From positions 62,001-126,000 of the forward strand of contig CAVNZM010000013.1 in assembly GCA_963693365.1 (NCBI GenBank): a stretch of DNA of 64,000 bases. The letters are read 5' to 3'. The notes under the pieces were generated by a model. It did not search any database, was not told the origin of the DNA, and saw only the letters and a list, made by a program, of their open reading frames with translations. Shown piece after piece: positions 11,505 to 21,934 of the stretch (position 1 is its first letter; each line of letters starts with the position of its first letter). The DNA comes from Amoebidium appalachense. Taxonomy: Eukaryota > Protista > Ichthyosporea. The translations under genes and the position numbers were made by a program.

Positions 11505-12680
11505 CTAGGCATTGTGCTTGCAGTCTTTGCGGGGGTGTGTGCCAGAGCAGAGCGGGCACACGTGGGAGAAGGGGCAGGGCTGCCAGTGCTTAGCGCAGGA
11601 CCGACCGTTAATGTGGAAATTCCTGCAGTGCGTCGCGGGTAGATCCACGGGTCGGGCCGGTTTTGCCGGGCCGGGTTGCGGGCCAGGGCGGTTAGGGGTG
11701 TGACCCCCGCCGGGCTTGTGGGGCGGCTTAAAGCCGTCAAGACCACAGCCGGGCTTGGGGTACATGGGGCAGGCCGCGCTGGGGTGGTCGGGGAAGCCAC
11801 AGCGCTGACATGCGTCCTGGATGAGCAGAGTGGGTGGCAGGAGGAGATCATGGTGGAGTTGGGCGAGCAGGTTGGGGCACTCGATCGGAGCCCGACCCTG
11901 CTGGTGGGCCACGGTGCGGGCGTATACGTCATAGTTGTGGATCTGGGCCCACGGGTATCGGGTGCTGAGGCGAGTGATGTGCTGAGTCCAAAGTACGTCT
12001 TTGTCCGTGGGAAGGCCGAGGTGGTGCTTGGCGGCCATGTAATGGGTCCAAGCTTGGATCCAAATGACGAGTGAACGCAGGGGAACGGGTTTGTCTTGGC
12101 GAAAAGTCTTGATGCTGCCGTCGTCGGCCATGCGCAGATGCTGACCTTTCTTGGATGGGGCCAGGAGGGCGGCGGGGGTGAACTTATACATTTCGACGAA
12201 ACGATTGGCGCGCAAATCTGCCAGCACATCTGCGGGGGGAAGCGGGAGTGTGCCCGGCTGAATGTCGCCAGTGTTCTCACCTGTGATGGGGGGCGCGGGC
12301 AGGGCAGGCAGGTCAAGGTCAGGGCCGAGATGCAGCCCCGGGGAAACCTCCCCGGGTGTGGAGGGCGCGGCGGGGGGCGCGGGAGGGTCGCGGTTGGTGA
12401 GAGCAGCCAGGACGCCAGCCATCTGGGTGCTGATGGCGGTGAGGGCGGCCAGGACGGCGTCTTGAGAAGTCATCTGCGGGGACGGCGGGGCCTGAGGGGG
12501 GACTTCAGGAGTGGAGGGGAGAGTAGCCGGCGGGTCCGGGTCCGTGGTGGTATGGGCCGCTGGAGGCGCGTCAGTGTCCGCGGGAGCGTTGGTCAGCCTG
12601 TGGCGGAGGTCGCTGCGGGTCAGGCGCTTAGGTGCCGCGGCAGGGGCGGCGGCTGAGGCCTGGCGCTTTTTCGGCGGCAT
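11505..12680 (-). CDS. Gag-like ORF1 of Ngaro copy 1 with zinc fingers
   Basis: ATG 12680 (MPPKKR); CQRCGFPDHPSAAC knuckle, CCCH finger CRNFHINGRSCAKHWQPCPFSH, and CPLCSGTHPRKDC. Confidence 0.9.
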   Translation of the reverse strand: MPPKKRQASAAAPAAAPKRLTRSDLRHRLTNAPADTDAPPAAHTTTDPDPPATLPSTPEVPPQAPPSPQMTSQDAVLAALTAISTQMAGVLAALTNRDPPAPPAAPSTPGEVSPGLHLGPDLDLPALPAPPITGENTGDIQPGTLPLPPADVLADLRANRFVEMYKFTPAALLAPSKKGQHLRMADDGSIKTFRQDKPVPLRSLVIWIQAWTHYMAAKHHLGLPTDKDVLWTQHITRLSTRYPWAQIHNYDVYARTVAHQQGRAPIECPNLLAQLHHDLLLPPTLLIQDACQRCGFPDHPSAACPMYPKPGCGLDGFKPPHKPGGGHTPNRPGPQPGPAKPARPVDLPATHCRNFHINGRSCAKHWQPCPFSHVCPLCSGTHPRKDCKHNA

Positions 12681-12710
12681 GCTGACCGGCGTAGGGAAAG
12701 ATAGGGAGAA

Positions 12711-13061
12711 TGAAAAGGAATATACAGCTGTAAGGCTGTGGATGCTAAACACAGAAGATGTGTTTGTAGCTTGCTGATCTGCTAAAAACTGTCGTGCTTA
12801 TATACCTAAGCCTACCGATCTGAGCCAATCAAAAATCGATCTAGTGATATGTGAAATCTGATCCGAGCCAATCATAACTCGGTCTAGTGATCTGTGGTAT
12901 CTGATGTTTTGACTGGCTAATAGGTGCCCGTGTGCGGGCAGCCAACCGCTAACTGCTAAAACACGAAATGAAGCCTACATGGTTATGTTGGTATCGAACA
13001 CCCATCCTACGTGTTTTACCCAGAAAAATATTTATGTCAATAATTTCCACAAATAAAACCT
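12711..13061 (-). repeat. Split direct repeat A1, copy 1
   Basis: Matches A2 (7828-8182); contains two ~43-bp internal sub-repeats each with CCAAT. Confidence 0.95.
12798..12872 (-). promoter_or_regulatory. Putative Pol II promoter in A repeat (TATATAA plus two CCAAT boxes)
   Basis: TATATAA on the minus strand at 12798-12804, ~120 bp upstream of the gag ATG; CCAAT boxes just upstream; present in all four A copies. Confidence 0.55.
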
Positions 13062-13619
13062 ATACATACACACATTCACTTAATCTTTCAGGCACATGTG
13101 CAAAACAAATATGCACAGTCGAAGAACGGGAAACCCCCCCCCCCCCCCCCCCCCCCTCCTCTCCCCCCATAGCAATGGGGATAATATTGCCCGCAATTAA
13201 AAATCACCGCACCCAAGACCGAACCACTGAACACCGACAGCGGGGGAACCCCCCCCCCCCCCCCCCCCCCCCCCCAACCCACCCACCACCACCACAAAGA
13301 GGGAACACTGCCCCCACACCCCAACAAACCCGAGGAACCAAAACAAAGAACACAGCCAGGTAGACAATAAGTAGGAAAAACACCCCCACCCCCCCCCCCC
13401 CCCCCCCCCGCACTTCTCCATCCCCCCAAAAATGTAAATTTTAGCCACCGCCATTCCCCCCCCCATAAATTTAAAAAAAAAAATATTACTCTACAAGATT
13501 CCCCCCCGCACATTCCCCATCCCCCATAAACGTTGTGTAAAGCTCTCGTCTAAAGCTTTCTTTAGTTATTGAAAAAACATATAAAATACTAACAATCTAA
13601 CGACTACCTTTTTTTCTAC

Positions 13620-14265
13620 CCTTGTCTCCAGGGGCACATTCACCATCCCCCCAACGTTTAATTTTAAAAAAAATTATAACATACAAGTTTTTTCTCCCTC
13701 GTACTCCAGGGGCACATTCACCATCCCCCCACAAACTTTGTAAATTTCTCGTCTAGAGGCTTTTTGGTAGTTATTGAAAAAACCAAAATGCGTAGAAAAT
13801 CTTCTCCCGCGTTGTTGACCCGCTCAGGCACACCCATCCCCGGCATAAAGTTTTGGTAAAAAAAGTAGGCCGTGAATGTGGGGGCCGGAGGCCACGCAAA
13901 AAAATGTGTAAACCCCTAACACAATGTACATAATACTATGCTACACGGGGGGTTCTATACGAGCTACAAGGTTGTGTTTTTTTCGTGTGACACTCGTACT
14001 CCAGGGGCACATTTACCATCCCCCCCATAAACTTTGTGGTAAATGTCTGGTGCTAGAGGCTGTTCTGTGGGTAGTTAATGAAAAACCAATAATGTCTAGG
14101 TAACATATGTACATATACTATGCTACAATGTGGGTTCTATACGAGCTACAACGTTGTGTTTTTTTCGTGTGACCCTCGTACTCCAGGGGCACATTCACCA
14201 TCCCCCCTTATAATTTGTGGTGAATTTCTCGTGGTAGAAGCTACTCTGTGGGTAGTTATTGAAAA
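13620..14265. repeat. Degenerate direct repeats upstream of the transposase remnant
   Basis: CTCCAGGGGCACATTCACCATCCCCC core at ~13626, 13703, 13999, 14181 with shared flanks. Confidence 0.75.
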
Positions 14266-14326
14266 AAACCCGATGCTTATAAGTAACGCATGCACAAATT
14301 GTCATCATAGCATTATACTACCACAG

Positions 14327-14905
14327 TAGTTGGTCGACAATCGAGTGATACAGCATGGTGACAGGATACGAATTCACCGAGGACTCCCTCAACGAGATGA
14401 ACGAGCGTTACAGAACGTACGTGTCTGCCCCCCCCCCCCCCCCCCCCCCCCCCAAAGCCCCCCTGTCTTCCCTCCTTCCCCACTACGACCCCCCCCCCCC
14501 CCCCTCCCTGCACGTGTCTAGGTGTATAGATCCTACAGGTAATGATGGCAGAACTTTCGCCATTTGGTAATGGACTCCGTGCCGCTCTAGTGCATTATAT
14601 TGTAAAGTAATATCACCAACAAAAAACGCAGGTTCGGCAAAGCTGCGTACGAGTGCTTCAAGGACTCCACCAAAAACGAACTCAAAACATCGAAATTCCA
14701 TGCTGGTGTGCATTATTCTGACGACTATCGCCTCTTTGGCCCGGTGGAGTCAGCTGAGAGCTGGGAGCGTGCACACAAATACTACTGCAAGATGCCGTAT
14801 CGTATGACCGACAAGAACTCTGCATTGAATATTTTGCAGTTGAGTACTAGTACTCCAAAATATGGTGAAATCTACGATATCCGGCGAGCATGTTTGTATG
14901 TCGTA
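14327..14905 (+). pseudogene. Plavaka/CMC-type transposase C-terminal remnant with one spliceosomal intron (14417-14631)
   Basis: Removing GTACGT...CGCAG gives in-frame E*YSMVTGYEFTEDSLNEMNERYRTFGKAAYECFKDSTKNELKTSKFHAGVHYSDDYRLFGPVESAESWERAHKYYCKMPYRMTDK, matching the KxHxxxHY..RLFG..ExxERxH..K..YRxTxK pattern I recall for Plavaka transposases; TGA at 14346; N-terminal part not recognised. Confidence 0.75.
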
Positions 14906-15120
14906 GTCCACATGTCGACGATATTATGTATCGTCTTACGACCGTTTGTACCGTACGATATATCGTTTTACGACAGTAATATGGATGGTATTGTTACAGT
15001 CTTGGGGATGGCCCATGGATATACATAAGGCGTGTTATGGATTATGTTTGGACATCTTTATTACACCTACTAGACATGTGAACCACCGAAAGGTGGATAC
15101 TACAAGATGGATACATTTGC

Positions 15121-15402
15121 ACGGTTAATAACGTGCAGGGGATTGATGGGGGCCCAACCAAATTTTGCATTAGGCAGTGTCTCTGTGTGGGTGATGTAAC
15201 AAAACCGGTCGGACTGACCCCCCATTTCTGTGGGAAAAGTTATTGACCGTTGTACGTCCATATTATGCAAAATGCGCTGTAATACATAGGGAAAGGGGGG
15301 GGGGATTCAACGGTTAATAACGTGCAGGGGATTGTTGGGAGCACAACCAAACTTTGCATTAGGCAGTTTCTCTGTGTGGGGGGTCTAACAAAACCGGTCG
15401 GA
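15121..15402. repeat. Two ~95-bp direct repeats
   Basis: ACGGTTAATAACGTGCAGGGGATTG...ACAAAACCGGTCGGA at 15121 and 15310. Confidence 0.8.
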
Positions 15403-15516
15403 ATGGGGGGATATCACCACTTTCATTCCGCGGCCACCTGATGAGCCTCATCCGCTTTCCATGAGGCGTGCAAAAACAAATTCACATGTCAGTTGCGCCC
15501 GTTAGATAATCTCCTT

Positions 15517-15716
15517 GTGATCATTATGATGACCGTATGGATTTTGGTATGTGATCACTATAATGATCGTATGAGGCATAGAATGAGATCATTATGATGA
15601 TCGTATGGGGGTATAACTAGCGATCCTTATGGTGGTCGTATGGGGCATATAATGAGATCATTATAATGATCGTATGGGGGTATAATTAGCGATCCTTATG
15701 GTGGTCGTATGGGGCT
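15517..15716. repeat. ~30-bp minisatellite (GATCATTATGATGATCGTATGGGG...)
   Basis: Six to seven degenerate tandem units, ending abruptly at an orphan Ngaro B terminus. Confidence 0.8.
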
Positions 15717-15737
15717 TCTATGAAAAACTACTCCGGG
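15717..15737 (-). repeat. Orphan 21-bp Ngaro B terminus
   Basis: TCTATGAAAAACTACTCCGGG identical to the copy-2 B end, then unrelated sequence. Confidence 0.8.
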
Positions 15738-15767
15738 GGTCATTCATTCCCAGGACACCCCTACCCC

Positions 15768-15770
<3 letters not shown>

Positions 15771-15849
<79 letters not shown>
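15771..15849. repeat. (AT)n microsatellite
   Basis: Uninterrupted AT dinucleotide run. Confidence 0.95.
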
Positions 15850-15852
<3 letters not shown>

Positions 15853-16632
15853 TACTATATATATATACATAAAACTATTGTACTTATACATTATAAAAAC
15901 CCCAACTTATATATAGTTTTTTTTATATATATATATATATATATATCTATGAAAAACTACTCCGGGACGTGTGTTGCCTCTAGGGGGACATCCCCTTGGA
16001 CGAAAGTGAACCTGCAATGGTTGTAAACCACGGCAAGCCCCCAGTCATCAATTTATTGATCCGTGAGGTCCATGTGCCCAAAAAACGGGGGAAGGCTTCG
16101 CCCCGTGAAAAAACAGCACGTATGTGTGGATCAATGGGGGTTGTGTGTGGGTGTAGGTGGGTGGGTGAAAAGGAATATATAGCTGTAAGGCTGTGGATGC
16201 TAAACACAGAAGATGTGTTTGTAGCTTGCTGATCTGCTAAAAACTGTCGTGCTTATATACCTAAGCCTACCGATCTGAACCAATCAAAAATCGATCTAGT
16301 GATATGTGAAATCTGATCCGAGCCAATCATAACTCGGTCTAGTGATCTGTGGTATCTGATGTTTTGACTGGCTAATAGGTGCCCGTGTGCGGGCAGCCAA
16401 CCGCTAACTGCTAAAACACGAAATGAAGCCTACATGGTTATGTTGGTATCGAACACCCATCCTACGTGTTTACCCAGAAAAATATTTATGTCAATAATTT
16501 CCACAAATAAAACCTCTATGAAAAACTACTCCGGGACGTGTGTTGCCTCTAGGGGGACATCCCCTTGGACGAAAGTGAACCTGCAATGGTTGTAAACCAC
16601 GGCACGAGAGCAGTATGCTTGCTCCAAAGGTT

Positions 16633-17835
16633 TCACTTAAGAATAGAGGCGAATACACGTGTGGTGGTGGCAGCAATGGAGGCCGGACGAAGTCGGGTAT
16701 AGATCAGGAAGCAGTCGGAGGACCACCGGCCGAGTTGTTTGATCCGGGAGTCGTCGACCCCGGCCTCAGCCAGTGCTGTGGCCCCCCCGATGCGGAGGCT
16801 GTGTCCGGCAAACCGGGAGGGTGAGAGGCCTCCCCGGGAGAGGAGGGCACGGAAATCGGCAGAGAAAGCACTCTTGGTGTAGGGGATGCCACCGAGACTG
16901 AAGAGGGGGTCGTCGGGTTGACCGGACGTTGTATCCAGGAACTGCCGGAGGAGATGGGCTGGGGAGAAGTGGGTGAGGGGCAGGGCAGCTAGGGTGACGT
17001 TGACACCTCGGGCCTGTACATCCGTCTTAGAGGTTGGCAGGTGGAGGGTGGCATGGGACAAAGTACCGGTGGGGGTGTAGCTGAAGGTCACGTCCTTCCG
17101 TTTAACGTGACGGGACGGGTCGAAAGAAGTCAGGGTCTTGGAGGTAAATTCCCCTGAACGGAGGAGACCACAGAAACCGACGATGAGGGCCGTCCATAGC
17201 CGGAGATTGGCCGAGGAGGCCTTGGTGGGGCACTGGCCATGGAGTAGGCGGAGGTGGGAGGGGAGGAGGGGTTCCCTGGTGGATGAGCGGGGTCGGATGT
17301 TGTGAGAAAGCTGCCATCGGCCTACCCCCCGTAGGAACCAGGCCAGAGACTTGTCGTGGGGGTAGGGAGCAGGGAGGCCCATGTCGAGGTGGAGCCTGGT
17401 GATGGCCGAATTGTAGCCGGTTAAGGAAGAGGCCTGTACCCCTCGTTGGGCACACCAGGCGAGAAAAAGTTGCACGGTGTGTGGGGAGGCCGGGAGGGAG
17501 GACCCGGAGGAGGATTGCAGCCGAGATGCCACACAGAAATCGATGAACACTTTTTGCACCCGGGAGTAAAAGGCCCGAGAGTCGAGGTTGAGACTCAGGG
17601 CCTGGCATTCCTGCAGGGTAGTGGTGGCTCGAAGCAGCTCGGCCGGAGCAAAGTGGGGGGCCAATCTGCCAGTGTTGCTCCGGAACGGGAGATCTGGGGG
17701 GGGGGGGGGGGGGGGGGGGTTAGCCCAAGGGAAGGGATAGGAACTCGTGGACCCAGGAGGGGAAGGGGCAGGGCTCCGGTTGCAGGGAAGGTCGGAGTCG
17801 TCGGGCCCGGGGAAGTTGGTTACGAGAAATGGCAT
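16633..17835 (-). CDS. Tyrosine recombinase of Ngaro copy 2
   Basis: 400 aa, all catalytic motifs as in copy 1. Confidence 0.95.
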   Translation of the reverse strand: MPFLVTNFPGPDDSDLPCNRSPAPSPPGSTSSYPFPWANPPPPPPPPDLPFRSNTGRLAPHFAPAELLRATTTLQECQALSLNLDSRAFYSRVQKVFIDFCVASRLQSSSGSSLPASPHTVQLFLAWCAQRGVQASSLTGYNSAITRLHLDMGLPAPYPHDKSLAWFLRGVGRWQLSHNIRPRSSTREPLLPSHLRLLHGQCPTKASSANLRLWTALIVGFCGLLRSGEFTSKTLTSFDPSRHVKRKDVTFSYTPTGTLSHATLHLPTSKTDVQARGVNVTLAALPLTHFSPAHLLRQFLDTTSGQPDDPLFSLGGIPYTKSAFSADFRALLSRGGLSPSRFAGHSLRIGGATALAEAGVDDSRIKQLGRWSSDCFLIYTRLRPASIAATTTRVFASILK

Positions 17836-19403
17836 CGGCCAGATGGTTGAGGGGTCCTGGTAGGTAGGATGCCTGTAACGTAAATTGGTATTGCATTTCC
17901 ATGCGGGTGATGAACCGAATAAGTTTGGCCATCACGGGGTGGGGGGAAGACCGGGAGTGCAGGTCAGACACAGCACCCGTGTTGTCGCATAAAATACGGA
18001 CATGGTGGGTGGACCAGGAGGGGGCCCAGAGGGCCACGGCGGCTGCGATGGCCAGGAGTTCGATGACGGAAGAACCGAGTTTACCCTCATGAGCATAGAG
18101 GGCTTGGGTGGAGGGGGACCAGGGCATGAAGAACCATTGGTCGAGCCAGTGGCCACCTAGACCCACCGATCCGGCAGCATCAGTGGCCAGGGTGGTGTAT
18201 GTGGGGGGTGTGATGAGGTGCACCCCATTCCATGATGTGAGGAACTGGTGCCATTCGGCTATGTCGGCCCGGGCGGCAGCAGTCAGTCGTATGTGGTGGT
18301 GGCCGGCAAGGTGTGGGTGGGTCCGGAGAAGGGCCCATAGGCGCTGGGAGAAGGCCCTCCCGGGGGGAACCAGCTGGGCACACCAGGTGAGTTTGCCGAG
18401 GAGGGACTGGAGGTCCCGAATGGTGATGGTGGGCTTTGGGTGGGAAGTGAGGTCGAGTAGGTCCGAGAGCTTGGACGCCGGGATTCGTGCCTCCATGGCG
18501 ATGGAGTCGAATTCGATACCGATGAAGACGACACGGGTAGCCGGGCCCTGCATCTTGTCTTCGGAGATGGCAATGTGCAGCTCTCGGCAGAGTTGCAGAA
18601 AGGTGGATAGGTGACGTTGGCACTGCTGTTGTGTGGGGGCGACTATAATCCAGTCGTCTACGTAGTGGCGGATGAGGGTAATACCGTGCTGGTGTGCCAG
18701 CCACTGTAGGGTGGCCGCGATCCGTTCCCAGATGGCTGGGCTAGATTTCAGGCCGAAGGGCAGTCTGGTTTCAACGTAAAAATGCCCTTGCCATTTGAAT
18801 GCCATTAAGTGGTGGTCTTCCGGTCGGATGGGCATGTGCCGGAAGGCAGCCTGCACATCTGCCACGGCCATGTAGCAGCCGGGGCCTGCGTCGAGAATGA
18901 GTTGGGTGACATCCCGGGCGCGAATGTACTGAAGTTCGTCGGGGTAGGTGATGCTGTCATTGACACTGCTACCCCGGGGCCAGGAGAGGTGGTGGATTCG
19001 ACGGTACTTGGGGGGGTTCCCTTTCTTGGTAACGGCGCCGATGGGGGAGGAACGGTGGACGGGAAATTCGTCAAAGAATTGGGCCGGGGAGAGGGGGCCG
19101 CGCAGGTGGCCGAGGGCGACTTCTTTGGCAATATCCACCGTGATAGCGGCAGCTGCCTCCGGGGTGGTGGGTAGGTTGGGGCCCACCCGAGAGGTGGAGG
19201 GGCCGCGATAGCCGATGTCGACGCCGAATTCGACATCGTGGAGGAGTTGTGCGGCGAATGGTTGGTCCGGGTAGGAGGCCAGCAGTTCCCGGAGGCGGGA
19301 GGTGTCAATGTGGTGCTGGGGCAGCGGGCGGGCCTCCGGGTCTGAGCCTCGGGGGAAGGGGGTGGTTAGCAAGGGTGGTGTACCCTTGGGGAGATCCCGG
19401 CAG

Positions 19404-19449
<46 letters not shown>

Positions 19450-19564
19450 CAGGGCCCCGGGGGGTTAGAGTAGGGCAGCTTGGCCCAAGTGAGGGTTGGC
19501 AGGGAGGGCAGCGGGGCCCTGTGCAGGGGAATGTGCCCGAGCACGCGGGGGTGTGGGCGGACAC
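17720..19564 (-). CDS. RT / RNase H of Ngaro copy 2
   Basis: YVDD and RNase H motifs intact; compensating frameshifts around G-tracts (19360-19445); frame stays open upstream to ~19792 without an AUG. Confidence 0.92.
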
Positions 19565-19842
19565 AGCGGTAGAAGAAAGGGGGGGGGAGGGAGTGCTAGA
19601 TGAGTGTAAGGGGGGGGAGGCTCGTGGGATGGGGGGGGGGGGAGTAAAATTATGTGCAGTGGCCAGAATAAACGTCTTTGTATAGGGACATTTATTCTTG
19701 ACGCGCGCGGGCGCCGTAGTTGGCCTGCGAAATTTTGTACTCAGCCCTATTGGCCCGTTCTCCCGAGCTCCGTTTCCCTGTACTCGTGTGTCCTAGCTCC
19801 GAACCCCTATGTTCTAGCTGTGTGTGTGGGTGTGCGCGTAGA

Positions 19843-21013
19843 CTAGGCATTGTGCTTGCAGTCTTTGCGGGGGTGTGTGCCAGAGCAGAGCGGGCACACG
19901 TGGGAGAAGGGGCAGGGCTGCTTAGCGCAGGACCGACCGTTAATGTGGAAATTCCTGCAGTGCGTCGCGGGTAGATCCACGGGTCGGGCCGGTTTGGCCG
20001 GGCCGGGTTGCGGGCCAGGGCGGTTAGGGGTGTGACCCCCGCCGGGTTTGTGGGGCGGCTTAAAGCCGTCAAGACCACAGCCGGGCTTGGGGTACATGGG
20101 GCAGGCCGCGCTGGGGTGGTCGGGGGAAGCCACAGCGCTGACATGCGTCCTGGATGAGCAGGGTGGGTGGCAGGAGGAGATCCTGGTGGAGTTGGGCGAG
20201 CAGGTTGGGGCACTCGATCGGAGCCCGACCCTGCTGGTGGGCCACGGTGCGGGCGTATACGTCATAGTTGTGGATCTGGGCCCACGGGTATCGGGTGCTG
20301 AGGCGAGTGATGTGCTGAGTCCAAAGTACGTCTTTGTCCGTGGGGAGGCCGAGGTGGTGCTTGGCGGCCATGTAATGGGTCCAAGCTTGGATCCAAATGA
20401 CGAGTGAACGCAGGGGAACGGGTTTGTCTTGGCGAAAAGTCTCGATGCTGCCGTCGTCGGCCATGCGCAGATGCTGACCTTTCTTGGATGGGGCCAGGAG
20501 GGCGGCGGGGGTGAACTTATACAGGTCGACGAAACGATTGGCGCGCAAATCTGCCAGCACATCCGCGGGGGGAAGCGGGAGTGTGCCCGGCTGAATGTCG
20601 CCAGTGTTCTCACCTGTGATGGGGGGCGCGGGCAGGGCAGGCAGGTCAAGGTCAGGGCCGAGATGCAGCCCCGGGGAAACCTCCCCGGGTGTGGAGGGCG
20701 CGGCGGGGGGCGCGGGAGGGTCGCGGTTGGTGAGAGCAGCCAGGACGCCAGCCATCTGGGTGCTGATGGCGGTGAGGGCGGCCAGGACGGCGTCTTGAGA
20801 AGTCATCTGCGGGGACGGCGGGGCCTGAGGGGGGACTTCAGGGGTGGAGGGGAGAGTAGCCGGCGGGTCCGGGTCCGTGGTGGTATGGGCCGCTGGAGGC
20901 GCGTCAGTGTCCGCGGGAGCGTTGGTCAGCCTGTGGCGGAGGTCGCTGCGGGTCAGGCGCTTAGGTGCCGCGGCAGGGGCGGCGGCTGAGGCCTGGCGCT
21001 TTTTCGGCGGCAT
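19843..21013 (-). pseudogene. Gag-like ORF1 of Ngaro copy 2, +1 frameshift near 20122 as assembled
   Basis: G5 versus G4 in copy 1 splits the ORF (20069-21013 and 19843-); 6-bp deletion in the CCCH finger; the frameshift may be a homopolymer error. Confidence 0.8.
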
Positions 21014-21899
21014 GCTGACCGGCGTAGGGAAAGATAGGGAGAATGAAAAGGAGTGAAAAGGAATATATAGCTGTAAGGCTGTGGATGCTAAACACAGAAG
21101 ATGTGTTTGTAGCTTGCTGATCTGCTAAAAACTGTCGTGCTTATATACCTAAGCCTACCGATCTGAACCAATCAAAAATCGATCTAGTGATATGTGAAAT
21201 CTGATCCGAGCCAATCATAACTCGGTCTAGTGATCTGTGGTATCTGATGTTTTGACTGGCTAATAGGTGCCCGTGTGCGGGCAGCCAACCGCTAACTGCT
21301 AAAACACGAAATGAAGCCTACATGGTTATGTTGGGATCGAACACCCATCCTACGTGTTTACCCAGAAAAATATTTATGTCAATAATTTCCACAAATAAAA
21401 CCTATATGATATATATATACTATATGATATATATATATACACATAAAACTATTGTACTTATACATTATAAAAACAGTATTTATTATTGCAGAATTCGCCG
21501 TTTCTTATTAGTTTACAGACGTCGGAAACCTCATATTAAGATGCTCAGAATCGCCTTCACAGTATGCTTTGTTTTCGACGTCGACGATACCCATCATGTT
21601 AGCCTACACAGTATACATACGTAGAACAGGCTTACGACGTCCATAGCACATCTATAGCATTGGAATAGGTGTTACATTTGGTTAATGGACGGTGTAAACG
21701 CATGCACAGCATGTCCATAGGATGACGTTGGCATATACACATGAGGGTCGAGAAATCAGTGGACCTCTTTATTACCCTGTAACATGCTTGTCGACGTCGA
21801 CGATGGGTTTTCAGCTTTTCCATCCATTAAAATGTCGAGGGTACCAAACGCAGCCACTCAGGTATCGTAAACTACTCCGAACCCGTCGTCGACGTCGTA

Positions 21900-21934
21900 G
21901 AGGGGTTTCCGATGGGGGGGGAAGATTGCTGATG
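21900..21934 (-). repeat. Right bipartite terminal inverted repeat (15 bp + 7 bp spacer + 13 bp)
   Basis: GAGGGGTTTCCGATG GGGGGGG AAGATTGCTGATG. Confidence 0.9.

Larger units (their letters stand above)
7609..13061 (-). mobile_element. Ngaro-type tyrosine-recombinase retrotransposon, copy 1, full length
   Basis: In element orientation: A1 (13061-12711), gag, RT/RNaseH, YR, B1 (8270-8182), A2 (8182-7828), unique spacer U (7827-7698), B2 (7697-7609): split direct repeats typical of Ngaro/PAT. Confidence 0.95.
15946..21403 (-). mobile_element. Ngaro-type YR retrotransposon, copy 2, full length
   Basis: B2 15946-16035, U 16036-16165, A2 16166-16515, B1 16515-16604, ORFs, A1 21054-21403; differs from copy 1 only by scattered SNPs and small indels. 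Confidence 0.95.
4497..21934 (+). mobile_element. TIR DNA transposon, Plavaka/CMC-like, non-autonomous, carrying two Ngaro insertions
   Basis: Perfect 13-bp TIR CATCAGCAATCTT (4497-4509 / 21922-21934), second perfect 15-bp IR (4548-4562 / 21900-21914), CCC on both flanks, excision restores the Copia reading frame, internal transposase remnant at 14327-14905. Confidence 0.85.

Noticed and set aside
15437-15475. CTGATGA followed by a 7-bp stem (GCCTCAT/ATGAGGC), hammerhead-like
   Set aside because: The required GAAA after stem II is GTGC, and stems I and III cannot be built.
21869-21879. AAACTACTCCG shared by the TIR subterminus and the Ngaro B end
   Set aside because: An 11-nt match is expected by chance at this search size.
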